From Alphaproteobacteria bacterium (GTDB taxonomy: Bacteria; Pseudomonadota; Alphaproteobacteria; MPNO01; UBA830), in NCBI GenBank assembly GCA_965243135.1, contig OZ251539.1, positions 5,888,001-5,952,000 of the forward strand: a DNA stretch of 64,000 bases, read 5' to 3'. The notes under the pieces were generated by a model. It searched no databases, had not been told where the DNA came from, and saw only the letters and a program-made list of their open reading frames with translations. Below, in pieces: positions 23,364-33,460 of the stretch (the stretch's first letter is position 1; every line of letters begins with the position of its first letter). A program made the position numbers and the translations under genes.

Positions 23364-24284
23364 ATGCAGATATATCTGCCCATCGCGGAAGTGTCCCTCG
23401 ACGCCCTGGCGCTTCTGGGCCTCGGCGGAATGGTCGGTTTGCTGTCCGGGATGTTCGGAGTCGGCGGCGGGTTCCTGATGACGCCGCTGCTGATCTTCAT
23501 CGGCGTTCCGCCGGCCGTGGCCGTGGGCACCGAGGCGAATCAGGTGGTGGCGGCGTCGGTGTCGGGCGCGCTCGCGCACTGGCGGCGGGGCAACGTCGAC
23601 TTCAGGATGGGCTTCGTTCTCCTCGTCGGCGGCTTGATCGGATCGAGTTTCGGCGTTTGGCTGTTCACCTTCCTGCGCGGCATCGGCCAGATCGATTTCG
23701 TGATCTCGGTCTTCTACGTTCTGTTCCTCGGCATCGTGGGGGTGCTGATGGTGGTCGAGAGCGCCCGAGCGTGGTTCCGCAGCCGCAATCCGGCCGCGCC
23801 GCGCCGCAAGCTGCATTACCACAACTGGATGCACGGCCTTCCGCTGAAGGTTCGATTCCGCCGCTCGAAACTCTACATCAGCGCGTTGCTGCCGCTGAGC
23901 GTCGGAGCGTTCGTCGGGATTCTTTCCGCCATAATGGGCGTCGGCGGCGGCTTCGTCATGGTGCCCGCGATGATCTATCTGCTCGGCATGCCGACGGCCG
24001 TGGTGGTCGGAACGTCGTTGTTCCAGATCGTGTTCGTGACGGCGAACGTGACCTTCCTGCAAGCCGTCAACAACCAGACCGTCGACATCGTGCTCGCGAT
24101 GCTGCTGGTCATAGGCAGCGTGATCGGCGCCCAGCTGGGCGCCCGCGTCGGCAGCCGCCTGCGCGGGGAGGAGATGCGGATCGCGCTCGGCCTTATCGTG
24201 CTCGCGGTTTGCCTGCGCGTGGCGTGGACGCTCGTGGCGACGCCCGAGGACGTCTTTTCGCTCGGCGCGGGGAGGACGCATTGA
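23364..24284 (+). CDS. TauE/SafE (TSUP) family permease
   Basis: MQIYLPIAE.., GMFGVGGGFLMTP, repeated GVGGGF motif. Confidence 0.9.
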   Translation: MQIYLPIAEVSLDALALLGLGGMVGLLSGMFGVGGGFLMTPLLIFIGVPPAVAVGTEANQVVAASVSGALAHWRRGNVDFRMGFVLLVGGLIGSSFGVWLFTFLRGIGQIDFVISVFYVLFLGIVGVLMVVESARAWFRSRNPAAPRRKLHYHNWMHGLPLKVRFRRSKLYISALLPLSVGAFVGILSAIMGVGGGFVMVPAMIYLLGMPTAVVVGTSLFQIVFVTANVTFLQAVNNQTVDIVLAMLLVIGSVIGAQLGARVGSRLRGEEMRIALGLIVLAVCLRVAWTLVATPEDVFSLGAGRTH

Positions 24285-25024
24285 CCGCGTTTCGGAGAAG
24301 CGCGCTGGCGGCGGCGCTTTGCGTCTGTTCCGCCGGCTTCGCCGTCGCCCAGAGCGTCGTGGCCGATCTCTCCGACCGCGAAATCGCCATTACCACCGGC
24401 TTCACCGGCGCCGAGCTCCTCCTCTACGGCGCCACCGAGGGTTACGGCGACATCGTGGTCAAGGTCGCCGGGCCGCGCCGGGACGAAGTGGTCAGACGGA
24501 AGCAGCAGGTCGCCGGGATATGGATCAACGGCGCTTCGGTCACCTTTCGGGACGCGCCCGCGTATTACCGCGTTGCCGCCTCGAGGGACCTCGAAGAGAT
24601 CGCGGCGCCGACGGTGTTGAAACGGCATCGCATAGGAGCCGAGACGCTGGATCTGCCGGCCGCCTCGACGCGTCCGCAAGCGGAAGTCGCGGAATTCAGG
24701 AAGGCGCTTCTTCGCAACAAGCGGCGACTCGGGCTTTACGGCGATTCGGTTTCGGAGATCTCCGTCACGGGCGGGCGCCTGTTCCGGACGTCGATTTCGT
24801 TTCCGTCGATCGTGCCGACCGGCCGGTATCTCGCGACCGTCTACCTGTTTCACGACGGCAAGCTCGTTCAAAGCGACGAGACGCCGCTGACCGTGCGGAA
24901 GGACGGGCTCGGCGCCGAAATCTTCAGGTTCGCGCACGAGCGGGCGTCGTGGTATGGGGCGATTGCCATTCTGATCGCGCTGGTGGCAGGATGGCTTGCG
25001 GGCGTGATTTTCAGGAGAACGTGA
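24281..25024 (+). CDS. TIGR02186-family membrane protein
   Basis: ADLS..IAITTGFTGAELLLYG, GIWIN, LFRTSI; usual partner of the TSUP gene. Confidence 0.85.
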   Translation: MTAFRRSALAAALCVCSAGFAVAQSVVADLSDREIAITTGFTGAELLLYGATEGYGDIVVKVAGPRRDEVVRRKQQVAGIWINGASVTFRDAPAYYRVAASRDLEEIAAPTVLKRHRIGAETLDLPAASTRPQAEVAEFRKALLRNKRRLGLYGDSVSEISVTGGRLFRTSISFPSIVPTGRYLATVYLFHDGKLVQSDETPLTVRKDGLGAEIFRFAHERASWYGAIAILIALVAGWLAGVIFRRT

Positions 25025-25026
25025 GA

Positions 25027-25542
25027 ATGAACTGCGCCGACCGGATCGTCGACCCGATTCAGAACGCGGAAGCGACGGGGCAGCGCCGGGTATTCCTGTG
25101 CGTGGTCGATTCGACGAAGGAATGCCGGGTCGCGATCTATTTCGCGGCGCGCCGGACGCTCCGCGCCGACAGCCAGCTCGCGCTCCTCTACGTGATGGAG
25201 CCGGCGGAATTCCATCATTGGAGGACGGTCGAGGAAAAGATGCGCGAGGAGGCGCGCGAGGAGGCGGAAGGCTTCGTTCAGGAATACGCGACGCTCGTTC
25301 AGGAATGGACCGGACAGATGCCGATTCTCTATATTCGGGAAGGAGAACCGACCGAAGCGATCCGGGAGCTGATCGAGGAGGAGCCGCGCATATCGATACT
25401 GGTCCTCGGCGCCGGCACCGAAAAGAAGGGGCCGGGCCCGCTGGTGTCGTCGATCGGCGGCAAGATGTCGGGCAAGTTCCCGATTCCCATCACCATCGTT
25501 CCGGGCAACCTGACCGAGGAACAGATCGACATGCTAACGTGA
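25027..25542 (+). CDS. Universal stress protein
   Basis: FLCVVDSTKEC, ILVLGA..GPGPLVS, PITIVPG. Confidence 0.88.
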   Translation: MNCADRIVDPIQNAEATGQRRVFLCVVDSTKECRVAIYFAARRTLRADSQLALLYVMEPAEFHHWRTVEEKMREEAREEAEGFVQEYATLVQEWTGQMPILYIREGEPTEAIRELIEEEPRISILVLGAGTEKKGPGPLVSSIGGKMSGKFPIPITIVPGNLTEEQIDMLT

Positions 25543-25589
25543 CGGAGGGGTCTCGGCGAATTCGCGTTTTTGGAAGGAGGGGCTCGAAC

Positions 25590-25890
25590 GGGGAGGCGAC
25601 GCTTGCCGCGCGAGGACGGAGAGGATCGGTGCCGACCGGTCCGCCACCTCGTCCGCACTGGCCCGGGCACTGAAGCCCAGGCGGCGGTCGTACACCCCTT
25701 CCGCTCCCTCGTCGCGCCAACGCCGGAAGATGCGCTCCGAAACGCCCAGCGTCTCCGCCGCCTCGCCTTGGCTCAGCGCCCCGGATGAGACACCTCCTTC
25801 CTCAGTCCCTGTTCCGTCCGCCGCTACCTCCTTGGTCTGGAAGCGTTTTAAACAGGGTACATGGACCGGACATATCATCTGTCACTGACA
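25590..25890 (-). pseudogene. IS transposase N-terminal HTH remnant joined to a tyrosine-integrase fragment
   Basis: LSQGEAAETLGVSERIFRRWR..EG..DRRLG followed by ADRSAPILSVLARQA, matching AADRSAPILSVIMRQA at ~37280-37325. Confidence 0.65.
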
Positions 25891-25907
25891 TCGCCGGGCG
25901 TTGCCGC

Positions 25908-25936
25908 TTGCATCCTCACCCAGCCGGGGCTAGATT
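25908..25936 (+). promoter_or_regulatory. Putative sigma70 promoter for the NYN leader
   Basis: TTGCAT-N17-TAGATT. Confidence 0.6.
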
Positions 25937-25971
25937 GCGGGCAGATACCCGCTGGCAGCGTGCTGTCAGCT

Positions 25972-26006
25972 CAAGGGCCGCTCCTCGGAGCGGCCCTTGC
26001 TTTTTT
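25972..26006 (+). terminator. Intrinsic terminator-like hairpin upstream of the NYN gene
   Basis: caagggccgctcc-tc-ggagcggcccttg perfect stem followed by cTTTTTT. Confidence 0.75.
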
Positions 26007-26018
26007 CCGGGGACGACC

Positions 26019-26789
26019 ATGAGAACGAGAGTCTATGTCGACGGCTTCAACCTGTACTACGGAGCGCTCAAGGGGACGCCATTCAAGTGGCTGAATCTTG
26101 TCGATCTGGCGCGCCGGGTGCTGTCGGCGGGATATGTCGTGGATAAGCTGCTTTACTTCACCGCCCATGTATCCGGGGTTTCGGACCCGGGGGCGCCGGC
26201 CCGTCAGCATGCCTATATCACCGCGCTCCGCACGCTGCCGGAGGTGGAAGTGCATTTCGGGAGCTTTCTCGCCAAGACGGTCTGGCGTCCGCTCGTCAAC
26301 CTGCCGGTGGCTGGCCGGCGGATCGACGCACCTCGGCCCGTGACATTGCCCGCGGGCGATCACACGGTCGTTGGGCCACGGATGCAGACGCTGCCCGTGG
26401 GCCGATACCCCGCACCTGGCGCGGGAAGGAAGAGACGAGGCAAGGCGTCCGCTCCGCTGCCGGACGCATTGGTCGCGGAGTTCCACGCCATGGAAGAGAA
26501 AGGCTCCGACGTGAATCTTGCGGCCCATCTCCTGAACGATGCCTGGAGCGAGCTGTTCGAGGCGGCAGTCGTCGTCTCGAACGACACCGATCTTCTGACC
26601 CCTATCCGCATGGTGACCGCCGAGCGGAGGAAGCCGGTCATCATCGTGTATCCAGGACGATGGCAGGTCGCGCCGAAGCTGCGCGCCGCGGCGAGCCATG
26701 TGCGCCATATTCGCCCCGCGATGCTGAGAGGGGCGCAATTTCCTGACACGCTGCCGGGCACTGCGATCTCGAAGCCGACGGGCTGGTAA
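26019..26789 (+). CDS. NYN domain (PIN-like, LabA/DUF88) ribonuclease
   Basis: VYVDGFNLYYG, EEKGSDVNLA, VSNDTDL acidic motifs intact. Confidence 0.9.
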   Translation: MRTRVYVDGFNLYYGALKGTPFKWLNLVDLARRVLSAGYVVDKLLYFTAHVSGVSDPGAPARQHAYITALRTLPEVEVHFGSFLAKTVWRPLVNLPVAGRRIDAPRPVTLPAGDHTVVGPRMQTLPVGRYPAPGAGRKRRGKASAPLPDALVAEFHAMEEKGSDVNLAAHLLNDAWSELFEAAVVVSNDTDLLTPIRMVTAERRKPVIIVYPGRWQVAPKLRAAASHVRHIRPAMLRGAQFPDTLPGTAISKPTGW

Positions 26790-26818
26790 GCGCGCGAGCC
26801 AACGCCTTTGGACGCGCC

Positions 26819-26965
26819 GTAAGCGTTCGGTCGTGGGGTGAGGGTGTCGAAGCCCCGCCTCCGGGCAAGGTTTCAACCAGACATCCTTGACCGGGAAAGC
26901 GCGTTCGTTCCGGGTGCCTGAGGCGGCTCTGTTCGCCCCTGGTTGGCGACCCGGTAGCATGTTCC
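26819..26965. mobile_element. IS66-like end (GTAAGCGTTCG) with DUF4338 C-terminal remnant
   Basis: gtaagcgttcggtcgtgg; minus-strand remnant FPVKDVWLKP. Confidence 0.6.
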
Positions 26966-26999
26966 TCGCGGAGTAGACGTTCGTTTGCGGGCGGCTTGG

Positions 27000-27327
27000 C
27001 GCATGACTTCGCCGGGGGCTGGATACCCGCTTTAGATTCCTGTTTGCGATAGCCATGTCGAGCGAACATGCACGCGCACTTCCCGGGACCGAGTTGTCGG
27101 GCGGCGGGCGGGCTCTGGCCGCGTTGCGACGGGAGAATGAGGCTTTTGGCCAAGCGCCGGAGACCACGGTCCAGAAAGCGGAGAAGCGGCGGGGATTTTC
27201 CGCCGGGCGACGGCCGCCGCAAGGCGAAACAAAGATCCTCCTGAAGCTTCTTTTTGCGGTAATGCTGCAACAGATGATCGATGGCGGCCGATCCCGCTTC
27301 CGATGCGAAGGCGACTTCGAAATTCAC
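27000..27327 (-). pseudogene. Truncated N-terminus of a putative JAB-peptidase/E1(ThiF) fusion
   Basis: GTG overlapping the E2 stop; VNFEVAF..AIDHLLQH...QEDLCFALRRPSPG, after which similarity is lost; lower boundary approximate. Confidence 0.55.
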
Positions 27328-27701
27328 ATTCCGTTCCAGATGCGCCGCATGTGTTCGCTCAAATACGTTCGCATGCATTTTGTCGGCAACTGATCCCATA
27401 ATGATCCGGGTGGCCGACTCATTGCGATCCAATTCCTTCCTCTCTTGTCCTGATAGCGATTATAGGCGCCTCCCCTCTCGTCATAGATGGGCGGGTTGAT
27501 GTGAATCCAGTGAGGCGGATATTCCGGGTATCCGTTTTCCTGCATGCTAATGCCCAACGTTACCTCTCTGCCTTTATAGGCACCAACTTCAACTTTATAC
27601 GGAAAGAAAATTGCAACAGGTCCATGAGGACTGTCTTGCAAGTCAGTCAAATATCCCAGAGATTTCAACTCGGATTGAATGCGCACAATGTCGTCGGACA
27701 T
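27324..27701 (-). CDS. Prokaryotic E2/UBC-like protein (E2 family E-like)
   Basis: GYPEYPPHWIHI and WIAMSRP motifs; directly after a Ubl gene. Confidence 0.72.
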   Translation of the reverse strand: MSDDIVRIQSELKSLGYLTDLQDSPHGPVAIFFPYKVEVGAYKGREVTLGISMQENGYPEYPPHWIHINPPIYDERGGAYNRYQDKRGRNWIAMSRPPGSLWDQLPTKCMRTYLSEHMRRIWNGM

Positions 27702-27707
27702 TTGCAA

Positions 27708-28025
27708 TCACGCGACAGGGGTGGAAGTATTGGGGATGGTTATGAAATTATTGTCCCGATCCAGATAAACCCAGTCATCGAGCTTATATTCGGTCGCTTC
27801 GCCGCTTCGCGATACAAGAATATAGTTTTTCGGCGTTCCAGGGATCGCTCCTTTCTTTTTCGCATGGATCAAAATATCCTCTGCGACGAGTCTTTCGTGC
27901 ACAGATTGCAATTTCTCGCCGTTTACCTCGAAAGGATATGTTCGGTCGAGAGGATTTCTATGTTCGGATTTTCCAAGAGCGGCGTTCTTGAGAGGAGCGT
28001 CGATCTGTTTATCATCGTTGTTCAC
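27708..28025 (-). CDS. Ubiquitin-like (multi-ubiquitin-type beta-grasp) protein
   Basis: YPFEVNGEKL..LVAEDILIHA..YILV..DDWVYL..NNFITIP pattern; GTG start with GGAG RBS; ends STPVA. Confidence 0.7.
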   Translation of the reverse strand: MNNDDKQIDAPLKNAALGKSEHRNPLDRTYPFEVNGEKLQSVHERLVAEDILIHAKKKGAIPGTPKNYILVSRSGEATEYKLDDWVYLDRDNNFITIPNTSTPVA

Positions 28026-28886
28026 CGTATCGCTCCCGCATGGAGAACCCTTTGCGACCAAGATATGGTGCTTTGCGGCGCACTGTCAATAGGAATATTT
28101 TGGTACTCGCCGTCGTCGGGCGGCGGTCGATCAATGCCAGGGTTGCAGACCGCCGCGCTGCCGAACCATTGGGAGCACCTCGGAATGCGGATCTATTTTT
28201 GCCAAACTCCTTGTTTTTATTTACGGAATCGGGATTTCCCCGTTAGGCAACGTTCAACGTCTGATTTTCGCTCGCATCCCCAGTCGCCACGCCGCCTCGA
28301 AGCGACCAGACTCTTCGAGACCCTTACACCCGACAAACGCAGGAGAGCACGGTCGCTTTCCCCACCCGTCGGCCCGCGGAGCTCGCCAAACAACCGCAGG
28401 AGCGGCGCTGGTTCGTCGAACAGTTGTGGAGCGAGCAGGCGGTCGGCATAGCCGAAGTGCGGCAAATTCTTTCTCGTTCTCGCCGTTGCCACCGGCACGC
28501 CCTGCCTCGGCGCTTCTCTGCTGCTTCCGGCCGCGTTCTGCTGGGCCGTTCGCCTCCACAACGCCGCAGGCAAGGTTGCGCCGTTGCTTGCCTGCCTGCG
28601 CGACCTGCAACGTAACTTCGAAACCGCTGTCGTTCTCGTCCGCCATGCCCGAGTGTGCACGGACACGATAATCGATGGAAACATTTGGAGAACTCGATCA
28701 AAAGGGTCCTGGCAGCGGCCATCCTGCGAGTTCACTGGTTGCCTTCGGGCCAAACCATGGTGCTGCTGGCATCGGCAAGCGGTGACACGGAGCTAAAACT
28801 AGGGTTTTCTGGCGGACACTAGGTCTGCCTGTGCCCCATAAAGATTTTTCTGGACTCTGGCCAGCCGATTCGTTACGGTGCCCGGC

Positions 28887-29228
28887 ATGGAGTTCCAGAA
28901 TCAGGTTCGGCAAAGCCTCCAGAACGATTTTGCGCGCTTGCAAGGGGTGCTGGCGAACGAGGTCTTCACTCGCCGCAGCGAGGTCGCGGGTGTGCGAAGC
29001 ATTCGGGTTTGGGCTTGGCCGCCTGCAGCGAGCGGGCTGTCTGAAGGCGTTGGCGGAGTTTGAGGCGGCGGGACGGATTTCGCTGCCGTTGCCGACGCGC
29101 GGTGGCGCGTGGCGCCCGCGATGTCTTGCGAAGCCGGTTCCTCCACCGAAGAGCGTACCGGAGGAAGTCGGTGCGGTCGAGGGCCTGGAGTTGGTGCCGG
29201 TGACGGATGACGGGCATCGCCTGGTGTG
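28887..29228 (+). pseudogene. 5' part of the DUF4338-IS4 transposase
   Basis: MEFQNQVRQSL.. homologous to the start of the 62.6-kb copy; continues at 37878. Confidence 0.8.
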
Positions 29229-29430
29229 ACCGCTCCGACACCCGGACTGACGACGAATCGACGCCCTAACCCTTTATGGCGCACATCCCTTTCTCGCGAA
29301 TATCCGTGAATTTACGGCGGGTTGCGGCGAACGGCACATCCCTTTTTTCGGGGCGTCGGGAGAGTTGCATTCGGGGAACTTTCTCGCGATACACCGAACT
29401 TGCGCAGCGCTCGTATCGTGTAAGCGTTCG

Positions 29431-30302
29431 CTACCCGGGTGATGATCTGCGATTGAGGACCTTCTTCCAGTCCCGCCGCAGGGGCCTCAACCAGATATCC
29501 TTGACCGGCAGCGCATACTCGTTTTTCACGTCGAGTTTGCCGCGGCCCTGCGTTTTGCCGGCCCGAATCCAGTTGGCCGCACGGTAGCAGGTTCCTTCGA
29601 AGCGCTGCGTTTCGCAGAAGGTCTCGAGCAGTACGGGACGCAGAGCGTAGCGGCGGTCCCAGTCGTCGGGCAAACGTTGCTCGACCTGTGCGAGGACGTG
29701 GGATGCAAGGCGTTTGATTCTGACCCAGGGCAGTATGAGGAACCTTGCGTTGTTGACGACGAAAGGCAGATTGCGCTGACGGCATGTCCCAACCGATCAG
29801 CTTGTCCCGTGGCGCAATCTTCCACGCGGCGGCGCCGAAGCCGAGCACGGCCAGCGGTTCGCCCTCTGCGGAGCGGACGAAGTATCGCAGCTGTGCGCCG
29901 GGCATGGGCGTAAAGCCGAGGTAATGATAGCGGTCGATGAAGGCGTTCCAGAGACGGCCCTCGCTGGCGTTGCGGACGGGTTCGGTGCGCAGCGGACGGA
30001 CTTGGTCGAGACGGTCGGGAGTTGGGAACGGGGGCGGCTCGGTTTCGGGAGACGGCGGAGCGGCGAACGCGGGCGGGCTGCGACGGCGGCAGAACGATGA
30101 GGCCGTCGCGTTCCATCCGCAACAGGGCGACGCGGGCGCTCATGTCTTTGACGCCGCCGTTGGGTTTGCGCCAGTCGAGACGCTCGCACAGGATGCGTGA
30201 AAGGGGCGTGCGTTTGAGAGGTGGGTTCCGTTGCGCGATCAAGTCGCGAATCAGGTTGAGTTCGTCCTCGGAGAAATCCCGCCCGCAATAACGATAGCTC
30301 AT
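29431..30302 (-). pseudogene. DUF4338 (DruA-like) protein, frameshifted
   Basis: MSYRYCGRDFS, HYLG..PMPGAQLRY, PVLLETF..GTCYRAANW..GKTQGRGK spread over several frames. Confidence 0.85.
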
Positions 30303-30903
30303 GGCCCCTGCGGAGCCGCGGTGCGCCAGGTGCGGACGCGCTCCGGGTCGGCGCCCCAGGGAAGCTAGGCATGCGCCTCTTCGGGCGCTCGTCCGCCATG
30401 TTCGGCGCAGGCTTGCAGATAATCGCGGAGCCAGTGGTGCGGCGAGAGGCCGGCCAGTTCGAGCGTACCGAATACGGAGAAGAGCAGCCCGGTCAGTTGC
30501 GCGCCCGCCTCGCTGAACGAGCCGAACGAGAGCTTGCGCCCAACAACCGCGCCGCGCAGGGCGCGCTCGGCAAGGTTGTTGTCCATCGGCACGGCTGTCG
30601 ACGAAGACCTCCAAGCCTTCGCGATGACGCAGCAAGGACTGCAACGGCTTGCGCTGCGGCGCTTCCTCCGGCAGGTCGTCGAGTTGCCGCCTCGCGTCGT
30701 CGAAGAATGTGTTGCTCTCAAGCTCCCGTTGCGCCTCGTCGAAGGCGGCGGCTTGTTCTCTCGCTCCGGGGATCCAGTGCCGCAGCCGCTCGGCATTCCA
30801 ACCGTACAGAGTCGCGATCTTGGCTACCCATTCATCGCCGAAAGACTTCATGTCGGGACGCCCGACTCCGATGTCCATGAAGTCGCGGCGCACATGCGTC
30901 CAA

Positions 30904-31317
30904 TTATGTTGAATTCAACATAACTGGGCTTATGTTGCGGATCCAGTTATGTTGCGGAATGGTTGCAACGTACTGAAAAACAATAAAATCAGATCCATTT
31001 CCGCAACATAATATTTCGCAATCACAGTGCATCAAGAAAGGCCGTAAACCTTTTGTTCTCTTTCCACGGGCGAACCGACTCTGCGCAATGCCTGAGACAG
31101 TTCAGGCGTTCCTCAAGCAGCGGTGCGGCGCGATAGAAGGCTATGGCACCGTGATCGACAAACAGATCCTCGAACATGGTCGTATCTCCTTGTGGTCGGA
31201 GACATGACCATGGCAAACGAATGCGAATCCAAATATTATGTTGCGGAAATGCGTTTGGTTCCGTTGTTTTTCAAGTCGTTAGCGCTCCTCCGCAACATAA
31301 CTGGATCCGCAACATAA
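30904..31317 (-). mobile_element. Internally deleted RIT-like element (mini-RIT)
   Basis: Inverted ends ttatgttgcggatccagttatgttgcgga; 20-bp palindrome ttatgttgaattcaacataa; flanking 6-bp repeat gtccaa; RitA-like N-terminus MFEDLF..AAPLLEERL. Confidence 0.78.
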
Positions 31318-32357
31318 GTCCAACAGTAAACGAGCACGAACTGGTCCGGCAGATCCTTCGCCAGCTTCTTGTAAGCGGAGTACCGGTCGCGATATACCGG
31401 CTCGTCGACGCCGAGGCCTCCGAACAACTTCTGCGCTGCCGCTGCGCTGCGGGAAGGGTCGATGATCATTCGCACGGCGTCCGAGGTCTGGCAAACCCAG
31501 AGCCAACTGCGGGGATTGTCGCCTTCCTCGCCGCGGACGTGAACCCTCCAGCTCGTCTCGTCGCCGTGGGCTATTCTGGCCGTTGCCTGACGTTCGATAA
31601 TCGCATCGGCCAGCGGCGCGAACAAGGGCACGAAGCGCTTGACGCTGTCCCCCAGCGTACCTGGCGCGACCTCGAAGTCGAGCATCGACAACTGCCGCGG
31701 TACAGATCGCAACGGACGGTGAAGGGCGTAAGTCTCGGTCAGAAACCAGGTCCAGACGCTCAAGCCATAAGGCGTGTTCGCGAACAGCCGCGGCACCGGC
31801 GGAGCGATCGCCTCCTGCTTCGGTGCGCACGAGCACGTCGAACGGTACCGGGGCCGGCGGCAACGCCGCTTGTAGGCGCGAAACTCGACCTCGACGAACT
31901 CGGTGACCTTTTCTCCGTTTCTCGCGTAAGGCTTGCCGCAGTTCGGGCAGCGGCATTCCTCAGGCTCAATGACCTCCACCTCTACCGGCAAATCCTCGCG
32001 CGGCGTGCGTCCGTGCGACGGCGACCCGGGCTGCCGCCCCCGACGCCGCCGGGCCTCTCGTTCCGCGCCGCCCTTCCGCGAACGGCGGGTGCGCTCGCTC
32101 TTGCGACCGAACTTGTCCCGAACAAGCTTGCGGTTGCGCGCCTTCAGGCGGGCGTTCTCGCGTTCGGTCTCGTCGAGTCGCTTCTTCGTCTTCGCAAGCT
32201 CGTGCCGAAGGCGGCCCGCTTCCCGCTTGAGCTCGTTCACCGAAGAGACGGACTTCAGGCGTTTCAGCTCGTTGCGCGCCGCCTCTGCGCGCGCCCGCGA
32301 CCGGCGGTGCTGCGTTTTCCAGAACGTCGCCTGCTGACGAGCGCTTACCTCCTTCCA

Positions 32358-32500
32358 GCGCGACGCCTCCGCTTCCTGGCGCGACGCCTCCGCTTCCTGG
32401 CGCGACGCCTCCGCTTCCTGGCGCGACGCCTCCGCTTCCTGGCGCGCCTCGTCCCGCTGCCGAATCGCCTCGTCCCGCTGCCGAATCGCCTCGTCCCGCT
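32358..32500 (-). repeat. 21-bp tandem repeats encoding heptads (RQEAEAS x4, QRDEAIR x~3) in the IS66 transposase
   Basis: cgcgacgcctccgcttcctgg and gcctcgtcccgctgccgaatc units. Confidence 0.9.
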
Positions 32501-32824
32501 GCCCGAGGGTCATTGCCAGCAGCAAGACCCACTGTCGGTCGGTCGCTTCGAAGCAAAAATCTGGTGTCGCCAACTCCATAAAGGCGATATACAGGGGTCA
32601 GCGAATCGTTTCCAGTCCCCGGGGCAAATTTTTTTCGTCCCCCGGGTAGCGAACGCTTACCGTATCGTTTCTCTTTCATGGCGCTCCAATCCACTGATAT
32701 TGCGCCGGTTTTTCAGATTTATGCATATGTACAGGACATATGGGGCTCAACCTTTCCTTTCCGGCGCTTCGAAGGTCCTGCAGGCCGCTTCGGTATCCTT
32801 TCCGAGGCCGTTATGTATGTGGCG

Positions 32825-32990
32825 AATGCGGACCGTGAAACGACGACAGCGCGCCGTGACCGACAGCGAGCGGGACGAGTTGAAGCGACGAGCGTGCCGG
32901 GGTCTCGCGCTTCGTCTTCGAGCGGCTGATGACCGAGCCGCCGGCCGCCTTGGAGCGGGCGGGCGTTAGCGGTTCTCTGCGAAGCGGAGA
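32825..32990 (+). pseudogene. Possible IS630-like transposase N-terminal remnant
   Basis: MRTVKRRQRAVTDSERDELKRRA..GLALR resembles IS630 N-termini. Confidence 0.4.
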
Positions 32991-32999
32991 AAGCGCGCA

Positions 33000-33460
33000 T
33001 GTCCGAAGAGGTCTGGCTGGGTCTGCGGCGCACGCCGCTCCGTCACCCGGTCATAGCTCCGGGTCATGAGAAGCCCCGTCTCGACGAAGCGCAGCCAGCA
33101 TCGCCTCGTCGTGCGCCTTCACGACCCGCGACCGCTTGCTGGCGTAGACCAGACCTTCCGGCGACGCCGACTTCGGCGCCGAAAAGGTCACGGCCACCCC
33201 GGGCAGCTGCTCGTGCCTGCTGTCGCGCAGCCGTCCCAGCCGCCGACCGGTCCCCAACTCGGCAGCACCTGTGCAAACGCTTCGGCCGGACCGGGCCGCG
33301 CAACCTCAGAGCCGCCGCGCCGTCTCCTCCCGGATGTCCGCCGCGGACGCCGCGCTCCCTCGCCGAACGCAGTTCTTCGACCGCCCGACGGAGTTCCGCC
33401 GCTGGCATCTCGGATTGTGAAGGAACGGCTTGCGGTGCCTGGCCGGTGCCAGCTCTCCAG
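33000..33460 (-). pseudogene. MobF (TrwC-type) relaxase remnant
   Basis: GAAALRLRGPV, RLGRLRD..HEQLPGVAVTFSAPKSAS..RVVKAHDEA match the TrwC TFSAPKSVS/AHxxA motifs. Confidence 0.75.

Larger units (their letters stand above)
30300..32579 (-). pseudogene. IS66 transposase (TnpC-like), interrupted by mini-RIT
   Basis: Coiled coil, FGRKSER, CPNCG zinc finger, HGDETSW, YCWTHVRRDF split at 30904-31317, PMDNNLAERALR. Confidence 0.88.
29420..32660 (-). mobile_element. IS66-family element carrying a DUF4338 gene
   Basis: 20-bp TIR gtaagcgttcgctacccggg; 8-bp TSD cgtatcgt (29412-29419 and 32661-32668). Confidence 0.92.

Noticed and set aside
28060-28816. Short overlapping ORFs upstream of the Ubl operon (possible regulator)
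   Set aside because: No HTH, WYL or peptidase motif seen; it looks like degraded sequence.
29431-30302. Druantia defence system
   Set aside because: The DUF4338 copies lie within IS elements, and no DruE helicase or other dru genes are present.
32358-32500. Possible CRISPR array
   Set aside because: Contiguous 21-bp coding repeats with no spacers and no cas genes; the same applies to 59857-59951.
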